Source of the DNA: an uncultured delta proteobacterium
GTDB lineage: Bacteria; Desulfobacterota; Binatia; UTPRO1
NCBI GenBank assembly: GCA_963774015.1
Contig: CAVZDH010000011.1
Location: forward strand, 22,588-86,587
Length of the DNA: 64,000 bases
Reading direction: 5' to 3'
Shown: positions 1 to 9,054 of the stretch, one piece after another
Position numbering within the stretch: the first letter of the stretch is position 1
How the letters are laid out: each line of letters starts with the position of its first letter
Translations under genes and position numbers: made by a program
Notes under the pieces: generated by a model
Told to the model about the DNA's origin: nothing
What the model saw: only the letters and a program-made list of their open reading frames with translations
Database searches by the model: none

Positions 1-125
1 TCCGGCACGGCCGCGACGTGCACCGTCCCGACCGCACGCATTTCATGCCGATGGAAGATCCGGCGATGGTCGCGGCGGTGATCCTCGACGCGGACGCGCC
101 GCGCGCCTGACCCGAGGACGCCGCG

Positions 126-1985
126 ATGCCGCGCGCCGCCGAGCGGTTTCTCCCGTTGCTCATCGTCGGCGCCGTCGTGCTCGCCTATGCCGGCAGCCTC
201 CACACGCCGTTCCTCTTCGACGATACCGAGATCCTCGAGAACGACGCGGTGCACGCGCTCTCGGCGGCGACGGTGCGCGGCACCACGCGCCCTCTCGTCC
301 AGCTCTCGTTCGCGCTGAACTGGGCTCTCGGGCACGCCGACGTGGTCGGCTACCACCTCGTCAACGTCGGCGTGCACGCGCTCGCGGCGCTCGTCCTCTA
401 CGCCGTCGCGGCGCGGACGCTCCGCGCGACCGGGCTCGCCCTCGCGATCGCGCTCCTCTGGGCACTGCATCCGCTCCAGACCGAAAGCGTCACCTACGTG
501 ATCCAGCGCGCCGAGTCGCTGATGGGACTCTGCTATCTGCTGACCCTCTGGGCGGTCGTGCGTGGCGCCGGCTCGCCGCACCCGACGCGGTGGCATGCGG
601 GCGCGATCGCGGCGTGCGCGCTCGGCATGCTCTGCAAGCCGGTGATGGTGACGGCGCCGCTCGTGGTCGCGGCGTACGACCGCGTGTTCCTCGCCGGATC
701 GTGGGCGCGGGTGTGGCGCGAGCGGCGCTGGCTCCACGCCGGCCTCTTCGCGACCCTGGCCATCCTGCTCGTGCTGCTCCTCGGCCAGGAGAACGAGTCC
801 ACCGCGACCGCCGGCTTCGCGATGCGCGACGTATCGCTCGCGGAATTCGCGCGGAGCCAGCCGGGCGTGATCCTGCACTACCTCCGCCTCGCGATCTGGC
901 CGCGCGGGCTCGTGCTCGACTACGCCTGGCCGCCGGCGACGGGCGTACGCGCCGTCGTCGTGCCGACGGTCGTGCTCCTCGGCGGCGTCGCCGCGCTCCT
1001 CGTCGCGCTCCGCGGGCGTCCGCGGGCGGCGTTCCTGGTGTGGGCGTTTCTCCTGTTGCTCGCGCCGAGCTCGAGCGTCGTGCCGATTCGCGATCTCGCC
1101 TTCGAGCACCGCATGTACCTCCCGCTCGCGCCCCTCGTGGCGCTCGCGGTGGCCGGCGGTTGGTCGCTCGTGCGGCGCACCGGCATGCCGCCCGCACGCG
1201 CGCGCGCCCTCGCGACCGGCAGCGTCGCCGTCGCGGTCGTGGCGCTCGCGGCGGGCACGATCGCGCGCAACGACGACTATCGGAGCCCGATCGCCATGTG
1301 GACCGACGTCACCACCAAGCACCCGGCGAACGTCCGCGCCTTCGCAAACCTCGCCCAGGCCCTACTCGCCGAGCATCGCGTCGCCGAGGCGGCGGCCGCG
1401 GCGCGCACCGCCCTCACGCTCGATCCGTCCTATGCCGACGCGCACGTGCACCTCGGCCACGCGCTCGCCGAACGCGGCGACTTCCGCGCGGCCGAAGCGC
1501 AGTACGCGGAGGCCGTGCGTCTGAAGCCGACGTCCGCCGAGGCCCACAACAACTGGGGCGCGACGCTCGCCGACCAGCGGCGCTACGCCGAGGCCGAGCC
1601 GCACTATCGCGAGGCGCTACGCCTCCGGCCGAGCTACGCGGAGGCGAAGAACAACCTCGCGGTCGCGCTCATGGAGCGCGGCGACTACGCCGAGGCGGCC
1701 GCCCTGTATCGCGAGGCGCTGCGTCTCGCTCCCGACTATGCCGAGCCCCATAGCAACCTCGGGAACCTGCTGGCGCGCCAGGGACGCACGACGGACGCGA
1801 TCGCCGAGTACGAGCGCGCGCTCGCGCTCCGCCCCGACTACGCCGAGGTCCACTTCAATCTGGCGTTGGCACTCGCAGCGGCAGGACGACACGACGAGGC
1901 CGCCGCGCACGCCGCGACAGCGCTGCGCCTGCGGCCGGACCTGGCGCCGCTCGTGCAGCAGGCCGGCCTTCGCGCCGCGCATTGA
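126..1985 (+). CDS. TPR-repeat membrane protein: N-terminal multi-pass TM domain (TMTC/DUF1736-like) with a C-terminal array of TPR repeats
   Basis: 619-aa ORF starting at ATG 126. The N-terminal ~380 aa are hydrophobic and segmented. The C-terminus has repeated A-x-x-Y/A-x-A motifs typical of TPR (…YADAHVHLGHALAERGDFRAAEAQY… repeated about 7 times). Confidence 0.75.
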   Translation: MPRAAERFLPLLIVGAVVLAYAGSLHTPFLFDDTEILENDAVHALSAATVRGTTRPLVQLSFALNWALGHADVVGYHLVNVGVHALAALVLYAVAARTLRATGLALAIALLWALHPLQTESVTYVIQRAESLMGLCYLLTLWAVVRGAGSPHPTRWHAGAIAACALGMLCKPVMVTAPLVVAAYDRVFLAGSWARVWRERRWLHAGLFATLAILLVLLLGQENESTATAGFAMRDVSLAEFARSQPGVILHYLRLAIWPRGLVLDYAWPPATGVRAVVVPTVVLLGGVAALLVALRGRPRAAFLVWAFLLLLAPSSSVVPIRDLAFEHRMYLPLAPLVALAVAGGWSLVRRTGMPPARARALATGSVAVAVVALAAGTIARNDDYRSPIAMWTDVTTKHPANVRAFANLAQALLAEHRVAEAAAAARTALTLDPSYADAHVHLGHALAERGDFRAAEAQYAEAVRLKPTSAEAHNNWGATLADQRRYAEAEPHYREALRLRPSYAEAKNNLAVALMERGDYAEAAALYREALRLAPDYAEPHSNLGNLLARQGRTTDAIAEYERALALRPDYAEVHFNLALALAAAGRHDEAAAHAATALRLRPDLAPLVQQAGLRAAH

Positions 1986-2045
1986 GGGAGCGGCTCGGAT
2001 GAGCGCATTTCCAACCCACGACGTTGTGGTACAGTCCGCCGACTT

Positions 2046-2110
2046 CGCAACGGCGGTGGAGTTCGCCGGAACCGTCACACCCCGCGGGGCGTGAACAATG
2101 ACTCCTGTGG
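2046..2110 (+). promoter_or_regulatory. fluoride riboswitch (crcB RNA motif) in the leader of crcB
   Basis: GGCGGUGGAGUUCGCC … AACCGUC … AAUGACUCCU matches the conserved blocks of the crcB motif (GGCGAUGGnGUUCGCC / AACCGCC / CUAAUGACUCCUAC). It is followed by a GC hairpin (gccgcggg…cccgcggc) and a GAGGAG RBS before the crcB GTG at 2181. Confidence 0.6.
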
Positions 2111-2180
2111 ACCCACGGATGGCCGGTGTGCCGCGGGAGTTGGCGAGACGACCCGCGGCGTATCTCGAGGAGATGCGATC

Positions 2181-2567
2181 GTGCGCGTGTTCTGGATTGG
2201 TCTCGGCGGTGCGGCGGGTACCATCGCCCGCTACCTGCTGTCCGGCTTTGCCCTCGAGCGCTTCGGCACCGCATTTCCCTTCGGCACGCTCGCCGTGAAC
2301 CTGATCGGGTCCTTTCTCCTCGCCGCGCTGATGTACCTCGGCGTCGAGGCGGGGATGCTGCCGACGACCGCCCGCTTGGCGCTCACCACCGGCGTCATGG
2401 GTGGGTTCACCACCTATTCGACGTTCAGCTACGAAACGATGCGATACCTCCAGGACGGCGCTTGGGGTCTCGCGCTGCTGAACATGTCCATCACCCTCGG
2501 CGGGTGCCTTGCGGCCTGCATTCTCGGCTGGGTCGTCGCGCAATGGCTTGCGGGTACGGTCGCCTAG
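2181..2567 (+). CDS. crcB: fluoride ion channel CrcB/FluC
   Basis: VRVFWIGLGGAAGTIARYL… GFTTYSTF… four-TM small protein with CrcB signature. GTG start with a GAGGAG RBS 7 nt upstream. In frame with ORF 2091..2567. Confidence 0.85.
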   Translation: MRVFWIGLGGAAGTIARYLLSGFALERFGTAFPFGTLAVNLIGSFLLAALMYLGVEAGMLPTTARLALTTGVMGGFTTYSTFSYETMRYLQDGAWGLALLNMSITLGGCLAACILGWVVAQWLAGTVA

Positions 2568-2581
2568 CACTGGAGCGAACT

Positions 2582-2947
2582 ATGCGTGTCCTCACTGGGG
2601 AGCAGGTATTGGTCCGGATCTTCATCGGCGAATCCGACAAGTGGCACCATCAACCATTGTACCGCGCGCTCGTGGAGCGGTTGCGGCGCGAGGGCTTCGC
2701 GGGCGCGACGGTGTTCCACGGCGTCTCGGGCTTCGGCGCGCGCAGCATCTTGCACACGGCCAACATCCTTCGGCTGTCGGAAGACCTGCCGGTCGTGATC
2801 GAGGTCGTGGACACCGCCGAGCAGGTCCAGCTCTTGACGCCGATTCTCGACGAGATGGTGTCCGAAGGACTCGTGACGATGGAGAAGGTGCGCGTCTTCA
2901 AATACGCGTCCGGAACGCGGCCGGTGGACTCGGCGGGTACGAGCTGA
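2582..2947 (+). CDS. DUF190 (COG1993, PII-like) protein commonly co-transcribed with crcB
   Basis: MRVLTGEQVLVRIFIGESDKWHHQPLY…VIEVVDTAEQVQ… ~121 aa. ATG at 2582 is 15 nt after the crcB stop, with a GGAG RBS. Confidence 0.75.
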   Translation: MRVLTGEQVLVRIFIGESDKWHHQPLYRALVERLRREGFAGATVFHGVSGFGARSILHTANILRLSEDLPVVIEVVDTAEQVQLLTPILDEMVSEGLVTMEKVRVFKYASGTRPVDSAGTS

Positions 2948-2993
2948 GCCGCCGGCAGTCGCCGGCGCCCCGGCACCGACCAACGCCGGCGTC

Positions 2994-4250
2994 TCACACC
3001 GCGGGCACGCGCCGCAGCACCCACGCGCCCGCGAGCAGCATCACGAGCAGCGCGGCGAGCGCGGCGCGATACGCGAAGGTCCCGGTCCCCTCGAGCGCGT
3101 ACACCGTCGCACCCCAGACGAGCGGGCCCGTGATCGCCGCGAAGCGTCCGACCATCCCGTAGACGCCGTACAGCTCGCCGAGCATCTCGGGCGGCGACAG
3201 GCGGAACATGAGCACGCGGTCCGCCGCCCAGGTGGCGCCGAGCGCGGTGCCGGTGATCGGACCGACGAGCCAGAGCGCCTGCTTGCCGGGAGCACCGAGG
3301 GCGACGACGAAACCCGCGACCCAGCATGCGAGCGCCGCATAGAGGGCCCGCTTGGCGCCGACCCGATCGATCAACGGGCCGGCCCCGAACGCGCCGACGA
3401 TCGCGAAAACCGTCGAGAGGGCGAGTAGACGCGTCACCTCGGCGCTGGCGAACTGGCCGACCTTCGTCACGTAGAGGGCCATGAAGAGGATCACGGTGTT
3501 CACCGCGTCGGTGTAGAGAAAGTGCGCGGCGAGGAACGGGCCCATCCCCGGCATCCGCGGCACGCGCCGGAGCGTCCTCCGTACCTGGGCGAAGGCTTCC
3601 CCGGCGAGCCCGCGGTGCCAGAGCACGCCGCCCGGACCGTCCGGCACCATGAGGAGGCAGGGCAGCGCGAAGGCGAGGAAGATCGCGGCCGTGGTCGGAA
3701 AGGCCGCCGCCTTCCCCCAATGCTCGGCGACCGGCGACACGCTGTAGAGGCTGAAGATCGCGCCACCGTACCCGAGCGCGATCCCGAAGCCGGACGCCCG
3801 ACCGCGATTCGCCTCGTCGGAGACGTTGGCGAGAAGGGCGTCGTAGAAGACCAGCGCCGCCTGATAGAAGAACGTCGCGATCGCGAACAGCACGAGCACG
3901 AGGCTCGCGGGCTTGCCGATGCCCATGAGCGCCGTCGCGGCGATGCAGCAGAGGGTCGTGACGGACAAGAACGGAATGCGGCGCCCGGAAAAGTCGGAGA
4001 GAGCTCCGAGCAGCGGCGCCACGAGCGCGACGCCGACCATCGCCGCGCTGTACGCGACGCTCACGTCCAGATCGCGGCCGCCGAGATCCTCGACGATCAA
4101 GAGCGGCACGTAGCGCGAGACGACGTTCAGCGAGAACGTCGTGTTGGCGAGGTCGTAGAGCGCCCACGCGAAGAGGGCGCCGAAACCGTTCGCGCCGACC
4201 CGCGCGTCGGTCCCGGCGTCCGACGCACGATCGCCGCGAGCCGGAGTCAC
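2994..4250 (-). CDS. MFS transporter
   Basis: 12-TM-like hydrophobic profile (…GPLIDRVGAKRALY…). Start placed at GTG 4250, which overlaps the NUDIX TGA stop (GTGA); an in-frame ATG at 4376 would overlap NUDIX by 130 nt. Confidence 0.7.
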   Translation of the reverse strand: MTPARGDRASDAGTDARVGANGFGALFAWALYDLANTTFSLNVVSRYVPLLIVEDLGGRDLDVSVAYSAAMVGVALVAPLLGALSDFSGRRIPFLSVTTLCCIAATALMGIGKPASLVLVLFAIATFFYQAALVFYDALLANVSDEANRGRASGFGIALGYGGAIFSLYSVSPVAEHWGKAAAFPTTAAIFLAFALPCLLMVPDGPGGVLWHRGLAGEAFAQVRRTLRRVPRMPGMGPFLAAHFLYTDAVNTVILFMALYVTKVGQFASAEVTRLLALSTVFAIVGAFGAGPLIDRVGAKRALYAALACWVAGFVVALGAPGKQALWLVGPITGTALGATWAADRVLMFRLSPPEMLGELYGVYGMVGRFAAITGPLVWGATVYALEGTGTFAYRAALAALLVMLLAGAWVLRRVPAV

Positions 4251-4792
4251 CGAACGGCGCCCGTCAGCACCTCGAGCGCGACGGCGCGGAACTGGCCCCA
4301 GCGCCGCCACGTACCCTCGAGGTTGCGGAGGTCGCGCGCGGCCCGCTCGAGACCCGCGAGATCGCGCTCGTCCCAACCGCTGATCTGCTCGTCGGGATCG
4401 TTCACCTTGAGCGTGCCGCCGGTCTCGCGCAGCAGGAACATGTAGGAGCGGAACGGGGTCTTGCCCTCGAGCGCGCTGTGGTCGATCACCGCGACCAGAC
4501 GCTCGATCTCGACGTCGAGGTTGCTTTCCTCCTGTACCTCCCGGAGGAGGGCGTGCTCCACGTCCTCGCCTTCCTTGATGCCGCCCGTCGGGAGGCGAAA
4601 CGTCCCCGGCGGATAGAAGGCCTTGGTCTGGAGCAGGATGCCGCCGCTCGGCCGGCGAATCGCCATCGCGACCTCGCTCCGCCGGCCGCCGCCGCGCACC
4701 GGCGCGAAGTCGGCGTTCGCGAGCACCGCCTCGACGTGCGGAAACTTCCCGTACCGCTTGCGGAGCCAGCCGAGATCGTGCGTCGCGCTCAT
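4247..4792 (-). CDS. NUDIX hydrolase
   Basis: Nudix box GGIKEGEDVEHALLREVQEESNL (GX5EX7REUXEEXGU). Confidence 0.85.
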   Translation of the reverse strand: MSATHDLGWLRKRYGKFPHVEAVLANADFAPVRGGGRRSEVAMAIRRPSGGILLQTKAFYPPGTFRLPTGGIKEGEDVEHALLREVQEESNLDVEIERLVAVIDHSALEGKTPFRSYMFLLRETGGTLKVNDPDEQISGWDERDLAGLERAARDLRNLEGTWRRWGQFRAVALEVLTGAVR

Positions 4793-4814
4793 CGGCGCAC
4801 CTCCGCCCGAGCGC

Positions 4815-5837
4815 TCACGATGCCTGCGTCACCTTGGCGACCGCGTCGGCCACGACCGCCGCGAGCGCGTCGGCGTCGCGGTCGCCCATGCCGGGGATCT
4901 TGCAGCCCGCGGCCGCCGCGTGGCCGCCGCCGGCGAAGATCTCGGCGACGCGGGAGAGATCGACGTGCGACGCGGGCGAGCGGCGGAAGCTCACGCCCCC
5001 GCTCTTGGTGTCGTAGAGCGCGACGACCGCGTTCGGCGTCGCCTTGCCCCAGGCGTCGCCGATCTCGCTCGGATACCCGGCGCACCACGCCGCGAGAACG
5101 GTCACGTCACCGACCCGACGCTCGCGCCGGGTCTTCTCGGCGAGCGCGTGCGTCGCCGCGACCTCGGCCGTGACGCGCGCCTCGGCCTCGCGCATCGCCG
5201 GCGTCGGCGTCACGTCGCCGTCGATCCCGAGGAGCTCGCGATACGCCGTCGCGTCGTGCATCGCGCCGACGGTGAGGGCAAGCTCGCGCGAGCCCGCGAG
5301 CGCGTGGATCCAGCGGTCGTTGTCGTCGGCGAGGGCGACGAGCTTCTCGAGCGCCAGGAAGGCCGCCGCATCCTCGTCGCGTCCGCTCGGCGTCCCCTGC
5401 TCGGCGACGAGGCGGCCCTTCAGATGCTCGTAGACGAGGCGCGACGCCGCGTAGGTATCCTCGACGACCATGGTCGCGAACGGTACGTCGATCGCCCCGC
5501 GCTTCAGGCGCTCGATCGCGGTGCGGTGGTGGTCGATCCAGCGGATGCGCGTCCCCGCCGCGGCGAGCGTGCGGAGATGGGCGTCGCTCGCCGACTGGTT
5601 CCAGCTGATGTCGGTGATCCAGAGCTCGTGCGCCCGCCCCGCGGGCGGCACCGGCACGCCTTGAATCGCCTCGTTGATCTCGGGGTTGTTGGCGAACACC
5701 GGCACGATCTCGCTCCCGGCGTGGAAGCGCGCGACCGCGACCGCCGCCGTGACGCCGTCGAGGCAATGCGGTCCGTGGCTCACGACGTGGACGAGATCGG
5801 GCGGTTGCGAGGTCGGCACGGCGGGGACGTCTAGCAT
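4815..5837 (-). CDS. DHH/DHHA1 family phosphoesterase (NrnA-like)
   Basis: DHH-type N-terminal half with conserved His/Asp. C-terminal DHHA1 region ending …FAGGGHAAAAG (GGGH motif). Confidence 0.8.
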   Translation of the reverse strand: MLDVPAVPTSQPPDLVHVVSHGPHCLDGVTAAVAVARFHAGSEIVPVFANNPEINEAIQGVPVPPAGRAHELWITDISWNQSASDAHLRTLAAAGTRIRWIDHHRTAIERLKRGAIDVPFATMVVEDTYAASRLVYEHLKGRLVAEQGTPSGRDEDAAAFLALEKLVALADDNDRWIHALAGSRELALTVGAMHDATAYRELLGIDGDVTPTPAMREAEARVTAEVAATHALAEKTRRERRVGDVTVLAAWCAGYPSEIGDAWGKATPNAVVALYDTKSGGVSFRRSPASHVDLSRVAEIFAGGGHAAAAGCKIPGMGDRDADALAAVVADAVAKVTQAS

Positions 5838-5930
5838 CCGAGCCGGAGCGGGTACAGGCGCCGCGCGTACGACGGACGCGAACGATTCGTCGCGGTGACG
5901 CGCGGCGCGCCGATCGTCCGCGCGTTCGCG

Positions 5931-6671
5931 TTAGTCGTTCAGGCAGATGCCGAAGGGCATTCCGGTGCCGGCGTCGTAGCTGTGGCCGCAGACGGCGCGT
6001 ACCAGCCTCGGCGCGGTCACGCCGTAGACGTCGACCGGTACGCCGAGCGGGCCGCCGAGATTCCCGTTGACGATCGACTTGATGAGCTTGCCCTTGCCGG
6101 GACCACCGATCCCGATCCCGCCGTTGCCGCTGATGGTCGAGCGTCGGACCACGTAGTCGGTGACCGACACCGTCCCGGCGTTGCCGTGGACGTCGATGCT
6201 CGCCGCGTTGAGCTTGGCGGCGCGGATGACCTCGGTCAGATTCGGCGTCGTATATCCGAACCCGATGCCGGTCATCGTCACCCGTCGCGCCACCACCGAC
6301 GCGAGACCGTCGAATCCGCCGCGCACCTGGTCGCGCACGACCACGTCGACCACGCTCAGATCGGCAAGGCCCGTCACGGCGAAAAATCCGCCGACGATCT
6401 CGCCGGGTCCGATGAGCTTGCAGCGCCGGCCCGCGCAGGTGACGTTGGAATCGTCCGGGCTGCCGCTCAGCACGTGGCCGTGCAGCTTCAACTTGGCATT
6501 GTCGCCGAGCCTCACGCCGACGCCGCTCGCGCAAGCGAGATCGGCGGTGAGGTGTCCCACCTGTCCGTCGGGAACGGTCTGGCCGCAGGTGGTGACGTCG
6601 ACGGCGGCGCGGGCGACGCCCGCGGTCACGAGGGACAACGACACGACCAAGGAACCAAGGAGACGGCGCAT
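5931..6671 (-). CDS. secreted hypothetical protein (Gly/Val-rich, possible beta-helix repeats)
   Basis: MRRLLGSLVVSLSLVTAGVARA signal peptide, AGGAGG RBS upstream of ATG 6671, repetitive G-x-V/I-x-V segments. No specific family recognised. Confidence 0.5.
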   Translation of the reverse strand: MRRLLGSLVVSLSLVTAGVARAAVDVTTCGQTVPDGQVGHLTADLACASGVGVRLGDNAKLKLHGHVLSGSPDDSNVTCAGRRCKLIGPGEIVGGFFAVTGLADLSVVDVVVRDQVRGGFDGLASVVARRVTMTGIGFGYTTPNLTEVIRAAKLNAASIDVHGNAGTVSVTDYVVRRSTISGNGGIGIGGPGKGKLIKSIVNGNLGGPLGVPVDVYGVTAPRLVRAVCGHSYDAGTGMPFGICLND

Positions 6672-6815
6672 GGGGGCACCTCCTGCAGGGCGATAGACTA
6701 GGGAAGTAGTCATAGAGCCGGACAGCACCGGAACACAACGAAAATCGCCGGCCGCCGATTGGACGCGGCGCGGCCCTCAGCTAGTCGGAAGCATGTTCGT
6801 CCAGGAGGAGGTCGC

Positions 6816-7631
6816 ATGAGGCTCAAGAGCAAGGTCGCGCTCGTCACCGGCGCCGGGTCCGGGCTCGGGCGCGAGATCGCGCTCGCGTTCGCGCGCGAAG
6901 GGTGCGCCGTCGGCGTCAACGACATCCGACCCGAGAGCGCGGAGGCGGTCGTGCGGGAGGTCGAGGCGCTCGGCGGCGAGGCGGCGGCTCTGCCCTGCGA
7001 CGTCGCCGACAGCCGCGCCGTCCACAAGATGTTCGCGGCCCACATCGGCGCCTTCCAGAACCTCGACATTCTCGTGAACAACGCGGGCACCGCGTTCATG
7101 GAAGAGCACGTAAAACGCAACAGCGAGAAGATGCTCGAGCAGGTGATGACCACCGGCCGGAGCTCCATGTCGCTCGAGGCGACCAAGACGATGGAGGACG
7201 GCCACTGGCGCCGCACCCTCGCGATCCATCTCGACGGCACGTTCTACTGCACGCGCGAGGCCCTCAAGATCATGGAGTTCAACGGCACCGGCTGCATCAT
7301 CAACATGGCGTCGATCGCGGGGCTCACGGGCATCATGGGCGCACCCGATTACTCGGCGGCGAAGGCCGGCATTCTCGGCCTCACGAAGTCGGTCGCACGC
7401 GAGGTGATCGGCGCCGGCGTGCGCGTGAACGCGATCGCGCCCGGCTACGTCGACACGCCGCTCCTCGACGTGATGACGCCGACGATGCGGCAGATGATCG
7501 TCGCGCAGACACCCGCGGGCCGGCTCGGCACGCCCGCCGAGATCGCGGCGACGGCCGTGTTCCTGGCGTCCGACGAGGGCAGCTACTTCGTCGGGCAGGC
7601 GCTGTCGCCGAACGGGGGAATCGTCATGTAA
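6816..7631 (+). CDS. SDR family oxidoreductase (FabG-like) with a ~50-aa insertion
   Basis: TGAGSGLGREIA Rossmann motif, NNAG, and YSAAK catalytic motif. ATG 6816 has an AGGAGGAG RBS. Confidence 0.85.
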   Translation: MRLKSKVALVTGAGSGLGREIALAFAREGCAVGVNDIRPESAEAVVREVEALGGEAAALPCDVADSRAVHKMFAAHIGAFQNLDILVNNAGTAFMEEHVKRNSEKMLEQVMTTGRSSMSLEATKTMEDGHWRRTLAIHLDGTFYCTREALKIMEFNGTGCIINMASIAGLTGIMGAPDYSAAKAGILGLTKSVAREVIGAGVRVNAIAPGYVDTPLLDVMTPTMRQMIVAQTPAGRLGTPAEIAATAVFLASDEGSYFVGQALSPNGGIVM

Positions 7632-7700
7632 GGGCGCGCCGACGCGCGACCGGCGCACCGACGGACACCGTTGCCGTCGCGCCTGCGACCCGAGCTGCCA

Positions 7701-7834
7701 CGCCGCGCGCACGCGGTGGGGGCCCCTCCGGTCCTCCGGCCTTGCCGCGCGTGGTCCATATCATCGCGGTTGCGGGCCGGCGACGCGCTCACGGCCGAGA
7801 CGGACGCGTCGGCGCCCCCACCGCGTGCGCGCGG
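7701..7834. repeat. MITE-like repeat, family A, copy 1 (~134 bp, 19-22-bp perfect terminal inverted repeats GCGCGCACGCGGTGGGGGC)
   Basis: Left end gccgcgcgcacgcggtgggggc at ~7701-7722 and its reverse complement at ~7813-7834. The internal sequence is ~85-90% identical to the reverse complement of 15792-15926. Confidence 0.55.
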
Positions 7835-8109
7835 CACGTCACCGTCGCAGCGAGCAGGCGTCGCGTGAACCCGCTGTTCAAGAGTGCGCCGGGGGACTCC
7901 ACAAGGATCGGCCCGCGTCGACGACCTCCTGTTCTCACTGCGGTCGCCTCTCCGTCGAGTCGTTTGCTGTGGGTCCGTGTCGGCCGGTGTTCACGGACAG
8001 AAGGCGGACAACCGGGTCCGTGTTTTCGACCACGGATGAGGTTCTCCGTTACAGGCGGTCGACTCCGCGAAAGAATGGCCATTGCCGATTGCATAGTACG
8101 CGCGCACGG

Positions 8110-9054
8110 TCACGGCTGCGGATACTGGTCGCGATACCACGCGATGGTGTGTCGGAGACCGTCGACTAACGAAGTGCTCGCCCGAAACCCGAGGCGGGCC
8201 TCGGCTCGCGAGACGTCGAGCAGGCGCCGCGGCTGTCCGTCGGGCATCGCGGGGTCGAACTGAATCTCGCCTTGAAATCCGATCATGCCGGCAATGAGGG
8301 TGGCGAGATCGGCAATGCGGATTTCGACACCCGAGCCGACGTTCACCGGCTCCGGCCGCTCCAGGTGCTCGGCGGCGAGTGCAATCGCGTGCGCGGCGTC
8401 CTCGACGTACAGAAACTCGCGGCTGGCACGGCCGGTGCCCCAGAGCGTGACCGACGGCAGGTGTTGGGCGCGTGCTTCCGAGAACTTTCGGATGAGCGCC
8501 GGAATGACGTGCGAGGATTCGGGATCGGAGTTGTCACCGGGGCCGTAGAGGTTCACCAGCAGCAGCTCCGCGCCGCAGAAGCCGAACTCCGTGGCGTAGG
8601 CCCGCAATTGCTCGCCGAGCAGTTTCTTGGCTAGGCCGTACGGGGCGTTGGTCTCCTCGGGATAGCCGTCCCATAGAGCCTCTTCACGAAACGGCACGGG
8701 TGCGAACTTGGGATACGAACAGACGGTCCCCACCTGGACGAACTTTTGGATCCCGGTGCGCCGGCTCGCCTCGATGAGGTGCGCCCCCATAACGAGATTC
8801 TCGTAGAGAAAGGTCCCGGGCTGTTTGCGATTGGCGCCGATGCCGCCGACGCGTGCCGCCAGGTGGATCACGATCTCCGGTCGGTGCATCTCGAGGAGCC
8901 GGGTCGCTTCGGTCTGAACCGTCAGATCGAACTCGCGCGAGCGCGGTAGAATGAGTGAGCGGCACCCGTCGGCACGCAACCGGGCGACGAGATGGCGACC
9001 GACGAATCCCGCTCCGCCGGTGATCAGGATCGTCTTGTCCGCGAGCGCCGTCAT
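8110..9054 (-). CDS. fcl: GDP-L-fucose synthase (GDP-4-keto-6-deoxy-D-mannose 3,5-epimerase/4-reductase)
   Basis: ILITGGAGFVG…, YxxxK and the NAD-dependent epimerase/dehydratase fold with Fcl-typical length (314 aa). Confidence 0.85.
   Translation of the reverse strand: MTALADKTILITGGAGFVGRHLVARLRADGCRSLILPRSREFDLTVQTEATRLLEMHRPEIVIHLAARVGGIGANRKQPGTFLYENLVMGAHLIEASRRTGIQKFVQVGTVCSYPKFAPVPFREEALWDGYPEETNAPYGLAKKLLGEQLRAYATEFGFCGAELLLVNLYGPGDNSDPESSHVIPALIRKFSEARAQHLPSVTLWGTGRASREFLYVEDAAHAIALAAEHLERPEPVNVGSGVEIRIADLATLIAGMIGFQGEIQFDPAMPDGQPRRLLDVSRAEARLGFRASTSLVDGLRHTIAWYRDQYPQP

Noticed and set aside
2650-4445. ORFs 2650-4167 (−) and 3522-4445 (+) overlapping the MFS transporter
   Set aside because: Alternative frames of the MFS gene. 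Only the 2994-4250 frame gives a 12-TM hydrophobic protein.
7583-7868. Small ORFs 7583-7837 (−) and 7671-7868 (+) whose peptides are similar to ORFs at 15775-16857 (−) and 15806-16099 (+)
   Set aside because: The similarity is a by-product of translating the family-A repeat, not a conserved protein.
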